DNA of 64,000 nt from the NCBI GenBank assembly GCA_951406725.2, contig OX597827.1:40672001-40736000 (forward strand), written 5' to 3'. Source of the DNA: Octopus vulgaris. Lineage: Eukaryota. Both the position numbers and the translations under genes were made by a program. Shown in pieces: positions 1 to 10,880 of the stretch; position 1 is the first letter of the stretch; each line of letters starts with the position of its first letter. The notes beneath the pieces were generated by a model. It was not told where the DNA came from. It did no database searches and saw only the letters and a program-made list of their open reading frames with translations.

Positions 1-90
1 TGCAAAGTCGACCTCGGCGGAATTTGAACTCAAAACGCCAAGACATGAAATGCCGCTAAGCATTTTGCCCGGCGTGCTAACGATTCTGCA
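1..90 (-). mobile_element. tRNA-derived SINE family A, head region, cut by the window edge
   Basis: Reverse complement matches the head of the copy at 968 (GCAGAA.CGTTAGCACGCCGGGC ... GAGTTCAAATTCCGCCGAGGTCGAC, B-box-like). Confidence 0.7.
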
Positions 91-558
91 TGTACTTGTG
101 AGGGAAATTTGATAGACGGAAACTGTATTGAAAACCGCCACCCCACACATACACACACACGCATGCATGCATGCATACATACATACATACATACATACAT
201 ACATACATACATACATACAAAAAAATAACGTTGAAGTTGGGTTCGAAGTGAAATTAATACTTGGATGGCTAAATATAGAATTAGAGCATAATAGGTTAAC
301 AATAGTTACGAATTAAAGATAGTTTTGTCATTACACTTGAGGAGTGTTATTCTAAGTATTTAGCTGAAAGCATTGCATGATAATTTGTAAACAAAAGCGG
401 AAGAGGATAAAATTTAAGCCTGTATTAAAAGATTGTGTTCTAGAAAAGATTAATCTCAGTGAAAATATTCTGTTCTTTTATTCAGCTATTGTAAATTGCG
501 TATTGAGAGAAATGTTTATATATAAGCAAATCATCACACGCACGCACTCACACACGCG

Positions 559-648
<90 letters not shown>

Positions 649-656
649 TTTGTTTT

Positions 657-1593
657 AGTGATGAGGCAACCTTTCATGTTTCACGGAAACTGAGCGAACA
701 CAATATGAGAATGTGGGGATCAGAACCATCCCCCCCCCCCACGTAACTAGAGAAGTTCAGCGAGATAGTCCCAAAGCGAATGTCTGGTGTGGGATTATGT
801 GCAATCGAATTATTGGTCCATTTTTCTTCAACGAGAGATCAATTACTGCAAATGTCTAGCTTGACCTTGTGATTGAATATGTGGCTCCACAACTCCAGGA
901 CCTTCAACCGACCATCATCTTCCGGCAAGATGGTGCCCCACCACATTGGAGATTGTATGTTCGTGAAATAAGGCGTCGAGCTGGCAGAAACGTTAGCACG
1001 CCGGGCGAAATGTATAGCCGTATTATGTCAACCGTTACGTTCTGAGTTCAAATTCCGCCGAGGTCCACTTTGCCTGTCATCCTTTCGGGGTCGATAAATT
1101 AAGTACCAGTTACGCACTGGGGTCGATGTAATCGACTTAATCCTTTTGTCTGTCTTTGTTTGTCCCCTCTGTGTTTAGCCCCTTGTGGGTAGTAAAGAAA
1201 TAGATTGCATGTTCGTGAATTCCTTAATCAAATATTTCCAGACCGTTGGATTGGAAGGGGAGGACCAATTACGTGGCCACCACGTTAATCACGTTCTATG
1301 GGGCTATGTTAAAGATATCGTGTATCAAACAAAGATACGGGGTATTACTGAACTAAAATAACAGATTCGATCGCAAACATTGATAAGGCTATGTTACAGC
1401 GAACATGGCAAGAAATCGAGTACCGTTTTGATATGGATCGTGCGACTAATGGTGCCCATATAGAGGTGTATAAAAGGAAATAAAAAAAACTTTGAAAACC
1501 ACTGAGTACGATAGAATAAGTCTGATTAAGATATTTTATCAATTGCCTTTGTGATAAATTTTTTAAATTGTAAAAAGACTTTATGGACACCCC
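657..1593 (+). mobile_element. Decayed Tc1/mariner-superfamily DNA transposon (DDE-domain remnant plus 3' TIR), interrupted by a SINE
   Basis: Translated pieces SDEATFHV, NVWCGIMCNRIIGPFFF, FRQDGAPPHW and DRWIGRGGPITWPPR, with stops and frameshifts. Ends in GACTTTATGGACACCCCG|TA, a typical TIR plus TA. Confidence 0.8.
968..1201 (+). mobile_element. SINE family A, full length, with 18-bp target-site duplication
   Basis: A-box-like GAGCTGGCAGAA, B-box-like GAGTTCAAATTCC and tail CCCCTTGTGGGTAGTAAAGAAAT. TSD AGATTG(T/C)ATGTTCGTGAA at 950-967 and 1202-1219. Confidence 0.9.
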
Positions 1594-1656
1594 GTATGTA
1601 TGTATGTATGTATGTATGTATGTATGTATGTATGTATGTATGTATGTATGTATGTA

Positions 1657-1815
1657 CATAGGGAGAATTCACAAAAAAAAAGACGAAGACAGGTGACGTA
1701 GACAACAAACAGATGTATTAGTAAAACGTTCGGGAAGTGAAAGAGTCTTTAACGTTTCGAGTCTACGCTCTTCCACAGAAAGGTACACAGAGAGAAACAA
1801 GGAGAGAAAATAAAG
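1657..1815 (-). mobile_element. Penelope-like element 3' (pLTR) remnant with minimal hammerhead-like motif
   Basis: Homologous to 53230-53303 (fused to a GIY-YIG fragment) and 56293-56402. Minus-strand motif cttt-CTGTGGA-a-gag-cgtaga-ctc-GAAA-cgtta-aag at 1747-1782. Flanked by microsatellites. Confidence 0.6.
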
Positions 1816-1834
1816 AGAGAGAGATAGAGATACA

Positions 1835-1876
<42 letters not shown>

Positions 1877-2804
1877 TATATATTGGCATATACTAGTTTT
1901 TACAATATTGGTTTTTTGAAACCAATAATTTAGAAACTTTGTTCTTACTAGCGAGAATTCTATGTTGTTGACCTCGAGAGAATCTTTTTGGATGGAAAAA
2001 AAAAACCTCATAAATTCTTATGACATCACCGACATACAATTCTTGCTGGTAAGAATAAAGTTTCTAAAAGGAATTACAATATTCGTACGATTGCATTGGT
2101 CCCCAGCTAGAACGTTTTCCATATGTACAGGAAATGTGGTTTCGAATCTCCCGCGTTGTTTTCATTTTTTTTTTTTGTTTTTCTCTTCAAAGGGTTTTTA
2201 ATTCAATATTTGCACATATTTATTGTTTTATTTGCTTCGAGTTTCACCGCTCAAAAAAAAAAAAAAAAAAAAATTCACGTTCTCTCGAAATTTCTAATTT
2301 TCTTACAATATTTATATAATTGTTTTATTACTATACTCGTACCTTCTAATCCATTGCAATACTTCTACCCACGTGATCTGTCGACTAGCTTCACATTGGA
2401 TAACATTTCCCGTGACATTGCTACGAGCCAACAACGATAGAGACCGAATATTCCACTTTGTCATCTTAAAAAATTATTACATTGCATTGGGCTGAACAAC
2501 AAGGACAATATTTGTCAGGTGACTTTAACCATTGCTGCTTTATCTGTATTCTTTTCCTTCAATGCTGAGATTTTCATTGTCGTCGTGGTCGTCGTTGCCG
2601 TTGTTGTTGTTGTTGTAGTTTGCTGTCCGCATTCTGGGCGTTATTGTTCTTGTTGATTTTTTTTTCTTTTCGTCTTTCTTCGTGTTGTTGTTGTTACTGT
2701 TGTCTGGCGGCTGGAATGATAATGACAGGCCTTTGAAGCAAGTTGTACAACTGGATAAATATCTCCTTTTCTTCGTTTTTATGAAGATGATGATGATGAT
2801 GGTG

Positions 2805-2851
<47 letters not shown>

Positions 2852-2855
<4 letters not shown>

Positions 2856-2985
2856 CATCCTACGCAAAACACTTTCAATACAGTAACCATAAGAGCAACA
2901 AACAAAATCACAGCACATACCCAAGGCACAAAGAGCTGCGCTCGGTAGTAAAGTGAAAGCACGTTATAAAAAAAACTACTGAATA
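2852..2985 (+). mobile_element. R4/Dong LINE 3' end (5'-truncated) in a (TAA)n tract
   Basis: Near-identical to 5095-5221 and 54181-54313 (CACATCCTACGCA ... GAGCTGCGCTCGGT ... ACTGAATAATAA). (TAA)n on both sides. Confidence 0.75.
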
Positions 2986-3000
2986 ATAATAATAATAATT

Positions 3001-3558
3001 CATTCTTTTAATAGCCACAAGGACTCACATACAATAACATTAAAGGACATGCAACAAGATAAAGACAAAACCGGGACCATACAATGGATTTTCCGCGTGC
3101 AGATAATATAAATATCAATTAAAATTGAACAGATTAAAACTCCCAATAGGGGAGGCGCTTTAAGGTCCTACAAAAGTTACGGGCGCCTGATCAACAGGGC
3201 AAAAGACCCTCTCCTTTAGTTCCCTTTTTTTTTACAGGTGCATGCTCACACTGGCCATTCTTCCAACATTCGCCCATCTTTCAACAAACTTGCTACAAGG
3301 CAACCCTTCCCTCTTATGAAACTTCCTTTTCAAGTGAAACTTGAAAAAGTTGGTGAGGGCTTGGCCAAAGAGAAAAGTGTCTACCTTTAGCCCTTTCAAA
3401 CGGGTCCACCATACTACCTCTTTCGCTACAGCCACTAGAAAAATAAAAATTGCCTGCTCCTCCCGGCTAAAAGAGGGCGGAAGGGCAATCCTCACAATGG
3501 ATTCTGCTGATAGCCGGATCCGCCCTACGCGCAACAGCAGGTGTTCGGCATATATCTT
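3001..3558 (-). mobile_element. L1/Tx1-like LINE 3' fragment
   Basis: ORF 3232-3633 peptide VAVAKEVVWWTR...FFKFHLKRK...FVERW resembles Tx1 ORF2 C-termini and is homologous to 36246-36434. Followed by a 3' UTR ending CCTTGTGGCTATTAAAAGAA and a (TTA)n tract. Confidence 0.6.
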
Positions 3559-3559
3559 T

Positions 3560-3772
3560 TCTATTATAGGTACAAAGCTTGAAATTTTGGTGGGGAGAGG
3601 TTCCAGTCGATTAGATTGATCCCAGTGTTTCACTGGTACTTAATTTATCGACCCCGAAAGGATAAAAGGCAAAGTCGACCTCGGCGGAATTTGAACTGAG
3701 AACATAGCACCGGGCGAAATGCTGATAAGCATTTCGTCTGGCGTGCAAACGATTCTGCCAGATCACCGCCTT
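3560..3772 (-). mobile_element. SINE family A, alternative-tail variant
   Basis: Same head and core as 968-1201 but with a different tail (CCCCACCAAAATTTCAAGCTTTGTACCTATAATAGAA). Related tails at about 8015, 17745 and 53735. Confidence 0.75.
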
Positions 3773-3868
3773 AACAACAACAACAACAACAACAGCAATG
3801 ATAATAAATTCTTTTAATAATAGTAATAATAATTAATTCCCTTCATTTTATAGGTGCACGCTCAGAAT

Positions 3869-3928
<60 letters not shown>

Positions 3929-3930
<2 letters not shown>

Positions 3931-5217
3931 TTTCTGACAACAGAAATGAACAGACCGGTACCCTACGAAAATGATGACCGTCAAAACAAAGGGCCGGACG
4001 TTGTTCCTCCTGTCCCGCAAATAAAACCAAAAAGGCATAAATGGACACGTGAGGAATATATTTCAATCCTACACGCTTACTTTACAGCAGTGCTCTACCC
4101 AAAGAACGAAAACACAATAACATATACATATAAAATATGGAAGAAAAATAACATAAATAAAGACTTGGATACAGCAATGAACCCTAATAAACTAGCTAAC
4201 ATACGAAGATATATTCTCAACGCAAAAAAATATCACAAATAGAAATAGAACATTTAAAAGAAAATATACATCAGGAAAATGTAGATAGAAGCCACACAAC
4301 AATGCCAAATAATATAAACACTGAGATAGTAAAACACGAAGACAAACGTAACATTTCCAACAAAAGCGAAGTAAACAAAAACCAACAAACCCAGACCATA
4401 CGTAAAGCAGCAAACCAAAACACGACAGACAAACACACGCATGAGAAAGAAAGCGACACAAATCTAAAACCTGGATACAACGAATGATTATGATACTATA
4501 AGAAGTAGAATAATCAAAGAACTGAAAACCACCGACCATACCTCCCAAAAATCAAAATAGACAAAAAACAACATCAATAATAAATAACATAAGCCTAGCC
4601 GTCACGGAACTAATAGCCACTGAAACAAATAGCAATATCACTGAGATAAATGACATAGTATATGCAGCAGCCCCTGCAGCCACAAAAGAAGCTGGATACT
4701 CAATCAAACCCATCCAAACAGAAGTAACACCACTCAAACAAACCCTGTGGATAAATAACATAAAAAAAAAATGAGAAAAAATCTGTCGATTCTTAACGAA
4801 ATTAGTAGACAATCAACGCTACTAAGCAACAAAAAGAAGACAAAAATACTGTGCAAATACAACATCACAGAAAAAGATTTACCTGAGATAAAAGAAAAGC
4901 TAAAGCAAGATATCCTTGCCAAAGCACAAAGGATCCGCCGGTATGAGAAACTCCAGCGTTTCTTTGAACAAAACAAACAGTTCAACTCCAACCCCAAAAA
5001 GTTCTGATAAACAAATATTCACACAAATACATAACAAAACACCAAGACTTACAAACACATAACATACAGAAAATCGCACTACTAGGCACTGCCCACATCC
5101 TACGCAAAAGACTTTCAATACAGTAACCATCAGAATATCACAACAAAACATAGCACATACCCAAGGCACACAGAGCTGCGCTCGGTGGTGAAGAGAAAGC
5201 ACGATATAAAAAACCCA

Positions 5218-5221
<4 letters not shown>
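3929..5221 (+). mobile_element. Internally deleted R4/Dong LINE (N-terminal ORF region joined to the 3' end, RT and most of RLE missing)
   Basis: Motifs RHKWTREEYISILHAYF, LANIRRYILN and KEKLKQDILAKAQRIRRYE..QNKQFNSNPKKF, then a jump at about 5005 to the NIQKIALLGTAHILRK-like terminus and 3' UTR. (TAA)n at both ends. Confidence 0.75.
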
Positions 5222-5292
<71 letters not shown>

Positions 5293-5737
5293 TACCCTGA
5301 TGCAGTACCAGACAGTGGCTCTCATGGCTTCTGATCTTAACTGATTGGTAGTGTTATCATGTACATTGTTTTGTCTAGGTATAAAAGATGGGCTACAACA
5401 AATATTCTGCTCAATACAACAGATTTGCTTGTCAGTTGTTTGACCTTAACCTGTTGACCTCCCTTAGTGGCCGATATGTGCATCTCTGATCACAAGCAGA
5501 AGTAGTGGGGGAACATCATAGCCGTGTGTTGAAAGGAATTCTTGGAGGTTTGGATAATTCACCTTTGGAAACAAGGGTGGTTCGTTCAACATCCTAAAAC
5601 AATCCTTATTCAAGGACCTTTTGAGCGGGATGGGCTAGTCGACCAGAAGAGAATTATAACTGGGCTCCACCTGCAAGGTTATGTGCTATTTATCTTGATA
5701 TGAGATCACCATTTCGCGCACATATGGTTGTGATGTA
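5293..5737. repeat. Unclassified, probably interspersed element abutting (TAA)n and truncated by the minisatellite
   Basis: Complex non-coding sequence starting sharply at the end of the (TAA)n tract. Only one copy in this window, so repeat status is inferred. Confidence 0.3.
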
Positions 5738-7594
5738 TTTAAAGTTCGTTTTCCTTACTTTTGTCCATTGCATTTGAGATTTGTGTTCCTTATTTTTGTC
5801 CATTGAATTTCATGCTCGTGTTCCTTACTTTTGTCCATTGAATTTCAGATTTGTATTCCTTACTTTTGTCCATTAAATTTCAGATTTGTGTTCCTAATTT
5901 TTGTCCATTGAATTTCTTGTTTGTGTTCCTTACTTTTATGCATTGAATTTAAGGTTTGTGTTCCTTGGATTTGTCCATTTTAGATATGTGTTCCTTACTT
6001 TTGTTCATTGAATTTAAAGTTCGTGTTCCTTACTATTGTCCATTGCATTTGGGATTTGTGTTCTTTACGTTTGTCCAGTGAATTTCAGATTTGTATTCCG
6101 TACTTTTGTCCATTAAATTTCAGATTTGTGTTCCATATTTTTGTCCATTGAATTTCATGTTCATCTTCTTTACTTTTACCCATTGAATTTGAGATTTGTG
6201 TTCCTTGGATTTGTCCATTTGAGATTTGTATTCCTTAGATTTATCCATTTCAGATTTGTGTTCTTTAGTTTTGTCCATTGAATTTGAAGTTCGTGTTCCT
6301 TACTTTTGTGCATTGAATTTCAGATTTGCGTTCCTTTTGTCCATTGAATTTCAGATATGTGTTCCTTTTTTTTGTCCATTGAGTTTCAGATTTGTTTTCC
6401 TGACTTTTGTCCATTAAATTTCAGGTTTGTGTTCTTTACTTTTGTCCATTGAATTTCAGATATGTGTTCTTTAGTTTTCTCCATTGAATTTCAGATTTGT
6501 GTTCCTTACTTTGTGCATTGAATTTCAGATTTGTGTTCCTTTTTTTGTCCATTGAATTTCAGATTTATGTTCCTTAGTTTTGTCCATTGAGTTTCAGATT
6601 TGTGTTCCTTACTTTTGTTCATTAAATTTCAGATTTGTGTTCCTTATTTTTGTCCATTGAATTTCAGATATGTGTTCCTCACTTTTGCCCATTGAATTTG
6701 AGATTTGTGTTCCTTGGATTTGTCCATTTGAGATTTGTGCTCCTTAGTTTTGTCCAATGAATTTAAAGTTTGTGTTCCTTACTTCTGTCCATTAAATTTC
6801 AGATTTGTGTTCCTTATTTTTGTACATTGAATTTTAGATATGTGTTCCTTACTTTTGTCCATTGAATTTCAGACTTATGTTCCTTAGCTTTGTCCACTGA
6901 ATTTCTGATTTGTGTTCCTTGCTTTTGTCCATTGAATTTCAGATTTATGTTCCTTAGTTTTGTCCATTGAATTTCAGATTTGTGTTCCTTACTTTTATCC
7001 ATTGAATTTCAGATTTATGTTCCGTAGTTTTGTCCATTGAATTTCTGATTTGTGTTTCTTACTTTTGTCCATTGAATTTGAGAAATTTTGATCCTTAGAT
7101 TTGTCCATTTGAGATTTGTATTCCTTACTTCCATTTTCATTTCAGATTTATGTATCTTAGGCTTGCCGATTTGAGATTTGTGTTGCTTTGAATTTGAATT
7201 TGTGTTCCATTGAATTTAAAGTTCGTGTTCCTTACTTTTGTCCATTGAATTTCAGATTTGTGTTTCTTACTTTTGTCCATTGAATTTCAGATATGTGTTC
7301 CTTAGTTTTGTCCATTGAATTTCACATTTGTGTTCCTTACTTTTGTGCATTGAATTTCAGATTTGTGTTCCTTACTTTTGTGCATTGAATTTCAGATTTG
7401 TGTTCCTTTGTCTTGTCCATTGAATTTCAGATTTGTGTTCCTTACTTTTGTCTATTGTATTTCACATTTGTGTTTCTTACTTTTGTCCATTGAATTTCAG
7501 ATATGTGTTCCTTAGTTTTGTCCATTGAATTTCAGATTTGTGTTCCTTACTTTTCTCCATTGAATTTCAGATTTGTGTTCCTTACTTTTCTCCA
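5738..7594. repeat. 35-bp minisatellite, about 50 or more diverged copies
   Basis: Consensus TTGTCCATTGAATTTCAGATTTGTGTTCCTTACTT, with recurring shorter units (TTGTCCATTTGAGATTTGT...). Confidence 0.95.
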
Positions 7595-7699
7595 TAACAA
7601 TGGTCATAATAGCTCTCGAACTGGTGTCTTCCCGTTCTGGCAGAAACGTGAGAACCTCAGAAAAACAGTTTTGCGGTAACCTTCACATTCTGACTTCAA

Positions 7700-7787
7700 A
7701 TTCCTTCGAGGTTGACTTTGCCTTTATTTGTCAGGCACTAGGATCCTAATGTCTGACAAATAAAGGCGAAGTCAACCTCGAAGGAAT
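7700..7787. repeat. 88-bp spacerless palindrome centred on GGATCC, partly SINE A-derived
   Basis: The two 44-bp arms are reverse complements with 3 differences. Confidence 0.9.
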
Positions 7788-8616
7788 GGTTTCGACCTGT
7801 CGTCTCCCTTCAAAACTGCTGAAACTGACAAAAGAAATATTTACTGACTTATTATTAATCAACTGAAAGTATTTCGTAATTATTTATTTCCCAATAACCT
7901 CCCTTGCATTTGGAATACAAGGGAAATAACTGTAGATTAATTCTGGTTTATATATATTTTTATCTAACGAATTATCTTTTATCTTTATTTATTTCTATCA
8001 TTATATTTTTCCTGCTCTAGGCACAAGACCCGAAATTTTTGGGGAGGGGGCCAGTCGATTACATCGACCCCAGTACGTAACTGATACTTAATTTATCGAT
8101 CCTGAAAGGATTAAAGGCAAAGGGGAATTCCAATAAATTAAGAATTTATTTTCTCTAACTTAAAGGGAAATTCCAATAAATTAAGAATTTATTAAGTATG
8201 GTATCTAGTACAATACCCTTTAACTAAATTATCCAAATTCAAATTATTGTCCCCTCCCCGCCCTCTGTGGTAGCTACCGTAGCTCTTTTTATTTGTAATC
8301 ATGCAAAATAATCTTGACCAAAAACATACGTAATGCTACTTCTATGTGTTAAAAAGCTATCCATTGATTTTCTGCTTTGATTTCAAGAAAATCAATAGCG
8401 CACTCTATACATTTATAAATTTTAACATGATATCGAAGAAGATCGATTTCCGTAATGACTGTAAAACAACGTCCTTAGCGATTTCTGTGGAATTGCATCG
8501 TCACTTTGCAACGTGGTGTGGAAGCGACATCAGATTCACTGTCATGATGTAATTGTGGCTTTGTAAATGGCGCCCCTCACTTAACAAAATATGTTCTGGA
8601 ATGGATTTTTTAAAAC

Positions 8617-8866
8617 GGCTGTGTGGTATGTACCTTGCTTACGAACCACATGGTTCCGGGTTCAGTCCCACTGCGTGGCACCTTGGGCAAGTGTCTTCTA
8701 CTATAGCCTCGGGCCGACTAAAGCCTTGTTAGTGGATTTGGTAGACGGAAACTGAAAGAAGCCCATCGTATATATGTATATATATATATGTGTGTGTGTC
8801 TGTGTTTGACTCCCACCACCAACATCGCTTGACAACCGAATCTCTCTCTCTTTCTCTCACTCTCTG

Positions 8867-8938
<72 letters not shown>

Positions 8939-9176
8939 TGTGTGTGTGTGTATGCTTGTGTGTCTGTGTTTTTTCCCCCCAACATCGCTTGGCGACCGAT
9001 GCTGGTGTGTTTACGTTCCCCTAACTTAGCTGTTCGGCAAAAGAGACTGATAGAATTAGTACTAGGCTTACAAAGAATAAGTCTTGGGGTTGATTTGCTC
9101 GACTAAAGGCAGTGCCCCAACATGGTCACAGTCACATGACTGAAACAAGTAAAAGAGTAAAGAGAGTAAAAGAGTA
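8617..9176 (+). mobile_element. SINE family B (tRNA-like head, internal microsatellite, AGTAAAAG-repeat tail)
   Basis: GGCTGTGTGGTA ... GGGTTCAGTCCCACTGCGTGGCACCTTGGGCAAGTG ... (TA)n(TG)n ... GACTGAAACAAGTAAAAGAG. About 12 copies in the window. Confidence 0.9.
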
Positions 9177-9763
9177 ATTGCCTCTCCTGAGGGTCTCAGA
9201 TCTTCAAACTGATACGACACTGAAACGTTACTCAGACATTCAATAGCTCACTGGTAAGGGTAGTAACTCTGTAAACCAGTCATGGTCACAGTTGTGAGTG
9301 GGGGAGTTGTGACAACTTTAACTAGATGGCGCTACAGTTACTTAGTCACAGTGGGCTATCAAAGAGATAACCGGGGCTATAGGAAATAGCATTGTAATAG
9401 TATAGCATTAAATAGCATTAAATAGTATATTAGAATAGCGTATTAATTTATGTAAAGAAATCTCAATAAATATGATGAAAGTTAAATTAATTTTTACAAA
9501 GAATTGCATTCCCGTATTTTAAATCAAGTTAACCATCTCAGTATTGGTTTGCATTATGTGACTCCTGTACAATTGAATTTTGTTTTGAATTGTCCATTTA
9601 CTTAATTTTTTTTTCCAATGAAATTTTAATCAATACGAAAATTATTTTTATCATTGTGCTTTATTTATTATTATTTTTTTTATTTGTGGGTTTATTCTTC
9701 TACAACTTTTGTTTACCGTTTTTGAAATTTGAATAAATTTTACCTCTTTTTAGACATAGGACG

Positions 9764-9925
9764 ATGGAGTACCAAGTAGAAGAAAAAAAGTGGGCAATTC
9801 GACACATATATTTCTCTTCTCTGTCAGTGAAAGTTCCAAAGCTGCCAAATATGCTCAAGATGTTTGTGCAGTGTACGGAGAAAGCGCTATTGCTAAAAGA
9901 ACTGCACAGGAATGATTTTTCACAC
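9764..9925 (+). mobile_element. Mariner transposase N-terminal (HTH) remnant
   Basis: Translation MEYQVEEKKWAIRHIFLF...AAKYAQDVCAVYGESAIAKRTAQE*F resembles the mariner paired-like HTH. In-frame stop present. Confidence 0.55.
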
Positions 9926-10099
9926 TGTTCATCCACTTGATACAAAAAAGGGACGACAAAACATCCAGATAGACGATACAAAGAAAACAAGGACGGACCA
10001 TTCGGAGTTTTTTCCTCAGTCGAGTTCCAGATTCTCTTTGCAGTTTCGGCTGGTTATACTCGAGATTGCTCCAATCTGGCCAGCCCCAAAGAAAAGCTA

Positions 10100-10140
<41 letters not shown>

Positions 10141-10147
<7 letters not shown>

Positions 10148-10445
10148 ATCACGTGACCGACCAGACCATCAGATGTTGTTATACATCGCAGGTCACAATG
10201 CTTTCGCATTGCTTTAGCCTTTGAATGACGCCACCCCGCTGGCTAAGCGAGCAGGCCAACAGAAGAAAGAGTGGTAGAAAGAGTGGTGAAAGAGTACAGC
10301 AGGGATCACCACCCCTTGCCGGAGCCTCGTGGAGCTTTAGGTGTTTTCGCTCAATAAACACTCACAACGCCCGGTCTGGGAATCGAAACTGCGATCCTGC
10401 GACCGCGAGTCCGCTGCCCTAACCACTAGGCCATTGCGCCTCCAC
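10141..10445 (-). mobile_element. SINE family C (tRNA-derived head), full length
   Basis: Minus strand reads GGAGGCGCAATGGCCTAGTGGTTAGGGC (A box) ... GTTTCGATTCCC (B box). Tail of GTCACGTGATCACGTGA repeats. Second copy at 37690-37898. Confidence 0.85.
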
Positions 10446-10481
10446 ACACATACACACACACACACACCCACACAAACACAC

Positions 10482-10527
<46 letters not shown>

Positions 10528-10618
10528 ATAAAACGGTAAGATAACAAAAGAAAGAAAGAGACCTCAATATTATGTAAATAGAGGAAATTTATCTATACAA
10601 TATGTTACATTACTCGGT

Positions 10619-10690
10619 AGTCAAGATAAAACTCTGAGTTTCAGATGCCGAAGTGGAAATCCACAACACCATCTCTTCGGTTATCTGGCT
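10619..10690 (-). ncRNA. Type I hammerhead ribozyme-like motif (variant core), left arm
   Basis: Exact reverse complement of 11961-12032. Confidence 0.6.
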
Positions 10691-10880
10691 ATTTGAAAAC
10701 GTTATGAAAAAATACCGTTAAAAATGAAGGGAAATTACTCTGTTATAACTCTGCTTTGCCTGCGTACTTATACATCGCTCGCATTTTTCGTCATAAAAAT
10801 TATATAAAATACATAAAAATATATAAAAATATATAAAAAATATATAAAATCTTCTTGGGACATAACACAGAAAGCATGTT

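Noticed and set aside
5738-7594. CRISPR array or repeat-protein gene
   Set aside because: No spacers, the 35-bp period is not a multiple of 3, and stops are frequent.
10370-10445. Functional tRNA genes at SINE heads (also 15900, 37830, 39905, 46090)
   Set aside because: A and B boxes are present, but I could not fold a full cloverleaf and they continue into SINE bodies.
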